Assembly: GCA_041690135.1 (NCBI GenBank)
Contig: JAWLHY010000006.1
Coordinates: 1-64,000, forward strand
Source: Armatimonadota bacterium
GTDB lineage: Bacteria; Armatimonadota; SYMT01
Direction of reading: 5' to 3'
DNA: 64,000 nucleotides
Below the pieces are notes generated by a model. It saw only the letters and a list, made by a program, of their open reading frames with translations, was not told where the DNA came from and ran no database searches. This document shows positions 61,744 to 64,000 of this stretch, piece after piece (the first letter of the stretch is position 1; each line of letters begins with the position of its first letter). The position numbers were made by a program, and so were the translations under genes.

Positions 61744-62148
61744 TTATGGGCGAAAGCCGTAGGGCCAACGCGTCTCTGCGTTGTGCCGCACACCGGTAAG
61801 GTTCGCGCCCAGGAGAATTGCTCCGGCCAGGTTGGCCCCGGAAAGGTCGGCGCCGGAGAGATCCGTGTTCCACAGAATTGCGCCGGAAAGATCGGCCCCG
61901 GAAAGGTCGGCGCCGGAGAGATCCGCGCCCTCCAGGTTAGCTCCCTGCAGGTTTACTCCGGGGCACGCGAACCCCGCCATCTGCGCGCCCCGCAGGGTAG
62001 CACCCGCCAGGTCGGCATCCGCGAGAGAAGCGCCTTCGATCCGCAGCAGTACCACCTCATGCGCCTTCCGGTGCCGGATCTCAATGATCCGGGCCGTCAG
62101 TGGCAGGAGAACGCCCGCGATTAGCAGTTCTTCAATCAATCGTTGCAT
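61744..62148 (-). CDS. Pentapeptide repeat protein
   Basis: Tandem A(D/N)LxG repeats, TRWPYGF end. Confidence 0.9.
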   Translation of the reverse strand: MQRLIEELLIAGVLLPLTARIIEIRHRKAHEVVLLRIEGASLADADLAGATLRGAQMAGFACPGVNLQGANLEGADLSGADLSGADLSGAILWNTDLSGADLSGANLAGAILLGANLTGVRHNAETRWPYGFRP

Positions 62149-62204
62149 CCGAGGGGGTATCTACCCGGTGCGACCGGGCGTTGCAAGGAAGCGAAGCTCG
62201 AAAC

Positions 62205-62657
62205 CTAGCCACAGTGCCGGCGAACCACCTCCAGGAGCAGGCTCACCTCGATCGGCTTGGCCAGAAACTCGGCGACGTTCAACAAGGCTGCCTGCTGACG
62301 CACGTCCCCGGTTCCCGAAATGATGACGACGGGGATCGCCGCGAGCGCTGGGTCGCGCAGTTGCTGACTGCGGAACTCCCAACCGCTCATCACGGGCATC
62401 ATCAAGTCCAGCAGGATAAGGCAGGGGGCGGAGTGGGCCTTCAGATGGGATATGGCTTGCTCGCCGTTGGCCACGGAAGTGATGTTATAGCCCTCGTAAC
62501 GAAGAATGTCCTCCAGTGTCTCCCGCAAGTCGGAGTTGTCTTCGATGAGGAGGATATGGCCCGTGGACCGCTGCCTTCCCCGTGAATGCGACGGGTCCTT
62601 TTCACCCGAAAACCCCCGGTCGGGGCGATCATTGGTACTGAACAGCAGTGGATACAT
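62205..62657 (-). CDS. Single-domain response regulator, paralog of 58253
   Basis: ILLIEDN..ILLDLMMPVMSGWEFR..KPIE; start uncertain. Confidence 0.88.
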   Translation of the reverse strand: MYPLLFSTNDRPDRGFSGEKDPSHSRGRQRSTGHILLIEDNSDLRETLEDILRYEGYNITSVANGEQAISHLKAHSAPCLILLDLMMPVMSGWEFRSQQLRDPALAAIPVVIISGTGDVRQQAALLNVAEFLAKPIEVSLLLEVVRRHCG

Positions 62658-63102
62658 AGCGAGTTAGCGACGGACGGGGGACTCGTCGGTCCATTCACCA
62701 ACGGTGGAGTCGTTTCCTGCCGGGTCGGCCTACTTGCAGAACAGCCCACAAAAGCCGCACGCGCGAATTCTATCGCAACCAGCCTTGCTGTCGGAAGACC
62801 TCGTCCAAAGATGACGACCGGCCGGTGTTCGAGGCTCGCACCCGTCGCGCCGTGCGAGACCCCGTTCACCCCGGCAAAGGGGAACCCACGAGACAAACAA
62901 TTGAATAGGAGGTATTCCGAGGCTTCCGTCAGTTTTCGCGGCTTCGGGTGCGGGTTGGCGAGATGTGTAACAGGAGCCCGGCGTGGAAATTGGTGACCCG
63001 TCATGCTGTTTGACGGAGTCCCCCTGTGAGGCGGGCCTTCGCGACTTCGCCACCCTCTCCCGTCGGGACCAACTACGTTCCCGCCTCTGAGCCCGAGGGG
63101 TG

Positions 63103-63148
63103 CTTGGAAGTAACTGATACCCCATCTTGGAAGTAACGGATACCCCAT
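63103..63148. repeat. 23-bp tandem direct repeat x2
   Basis: cttggaagtaac(t/g)gataccccat twice. Confidence 0.85.
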
Positions 63149-63451
63149 ATGGAGTACCTTACCTGCTCCAGCTTGCTCTGCTTGATCGGCTGCAGCGCAT
63201 GCGTCGGGTACCCCGAAGGGCTATCGGGTTGCACTGCGGCGCTCCCGGTCCGGGTCCGGTGTTGGCGCTCCGGGTGATCTGGAGCGACTACGAAAACTTG
63301 AACCGCCTGGGGTCGTGGCTTGGCGGGTCACGAGAGGCCCGCGGTGGTGGCGCGAAAAATCTCCGCCCGTCCAGAAGGAACTTTGCCGCCCTTGGCTAAA
63401 TGGGTAATGATCGTTGCGTAACCAATCACAATTATCCTATGGAGGAACTAA

Positions 63452-64000
63452 ATGCTGTGCGTCCGTAAGGGCACTCGGCGGGGGTTTACCCTGATCGAAT
63501 TGCTCGTAGTCATTGCGATCATCGCCATCCTGGCCGCCATCCTCTTCCCCGTATTTGCTCAGGCGCGAGAATCGGCCCGGAAGACTTCCTGTCAGAACAA
63601 CCTGAAGCAGTGGGCGACGGCCTGGTCGATGTACGTCCAGGATTACGATGAAACCACGGTCCCAATCCGGACCGGGGGCATCGGCACTTCCGCTTTCCTG
63701 TGGAACGTCATTCTCCAACCCTACATCAAGAACACCGGCGTCCAGACGTGTCCCAGCAACAGCAACCGGGGGATCGGTTACACCTACAACTTCGCCCTGG
63801 GTGGTCCCAACGGGCGGGCGATGGCTGAAGTGAAACTCCCCGCGCAGACGGTCGCCTTCGCGGACGCGGTGGGCTCCACGGACCCGCGTCAATCGCCGAT
63901 CTTCCTCATCCCGAGCGGAACGGGTGGCCCACGCACCCACCTCGGGCGCTGGCTCAGCAATGTCACCGCGGTTCCGCCGGCGGGACATACGGACAATCGG
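63452..64000 (+). CDS. Prepilin-type N-terminal cleavage / DUF1559 protein, runs off the window
   Basis: GGAGG RBS; [53 protein letters not shown]. Confidence 0.92.
   Translation, partial: MLCVRKGTRRGFTLIELLVVIAIIAILAAILFPVFAQARESARKTSCQNNLKQWATAWSMYVQDYDETTVPIRTGGIGTSAFLWNVILQPYIKNTGVQTCPSNSNRGIGYTYNFALGGPNGRAMAEVKLPAQTVAFADAVGSTDPRQSPIFLIPSGTGGPRTHLGRWLSNVTAVPPAGHTDNR

Noticed and set aside
61800-61945. 15/60-bp periodic DNA repeats
   Set aside because: Fully explained by pentapeptide-repeat coding

Overview
GC-rich bacterial DNA. The host is probably Armatimonadota or a similar lineage, inferred from prepilin-type/DUF1559 H-X9-DG genes, DUF1501 and a GHL10 hydrolase. About 1-48.6 kb is accessory DNA built from tRNA-integrated elements. 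The first island ends at a displaced 3' half of tRNA-Leu(CAA) at ~36.1 kb. It carries xis-like/XRE regulators, a phage-type replication initiator with iterons, and a large DISARM/Druantia-like operon (DUF1998 helicase, DUF4365, SNF2 helicase, TM protein, Type IIG methylase) sitting between two Type III R-M remnants. It also carries a decaying cluster that would target modified DNA (Brig1-like glycosylase, ATL-like HTH, McrB and Mrr fragments). The second segment carries two hybrid histidine kinases, four divergent paralogous small helical proteins, and an intact tyrosine integrase next to tRNA-Arg(UCG). From 48.8 kb the window looks chromosomal: PadR, DUF1501, prepilin-like proteins, GHL10, an ETR1-like kinase operon. 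The most unusual signals are: three copies of a segment of the target tRNA placed over the integrase leader and first codons; a 9+7+9 bp palindrome repeated four times at module junctions; the unnamed small-protein family; and a 357-bp segment bounded by inverted repeats. Family assignments come from motif recognition by eye, with no database search.
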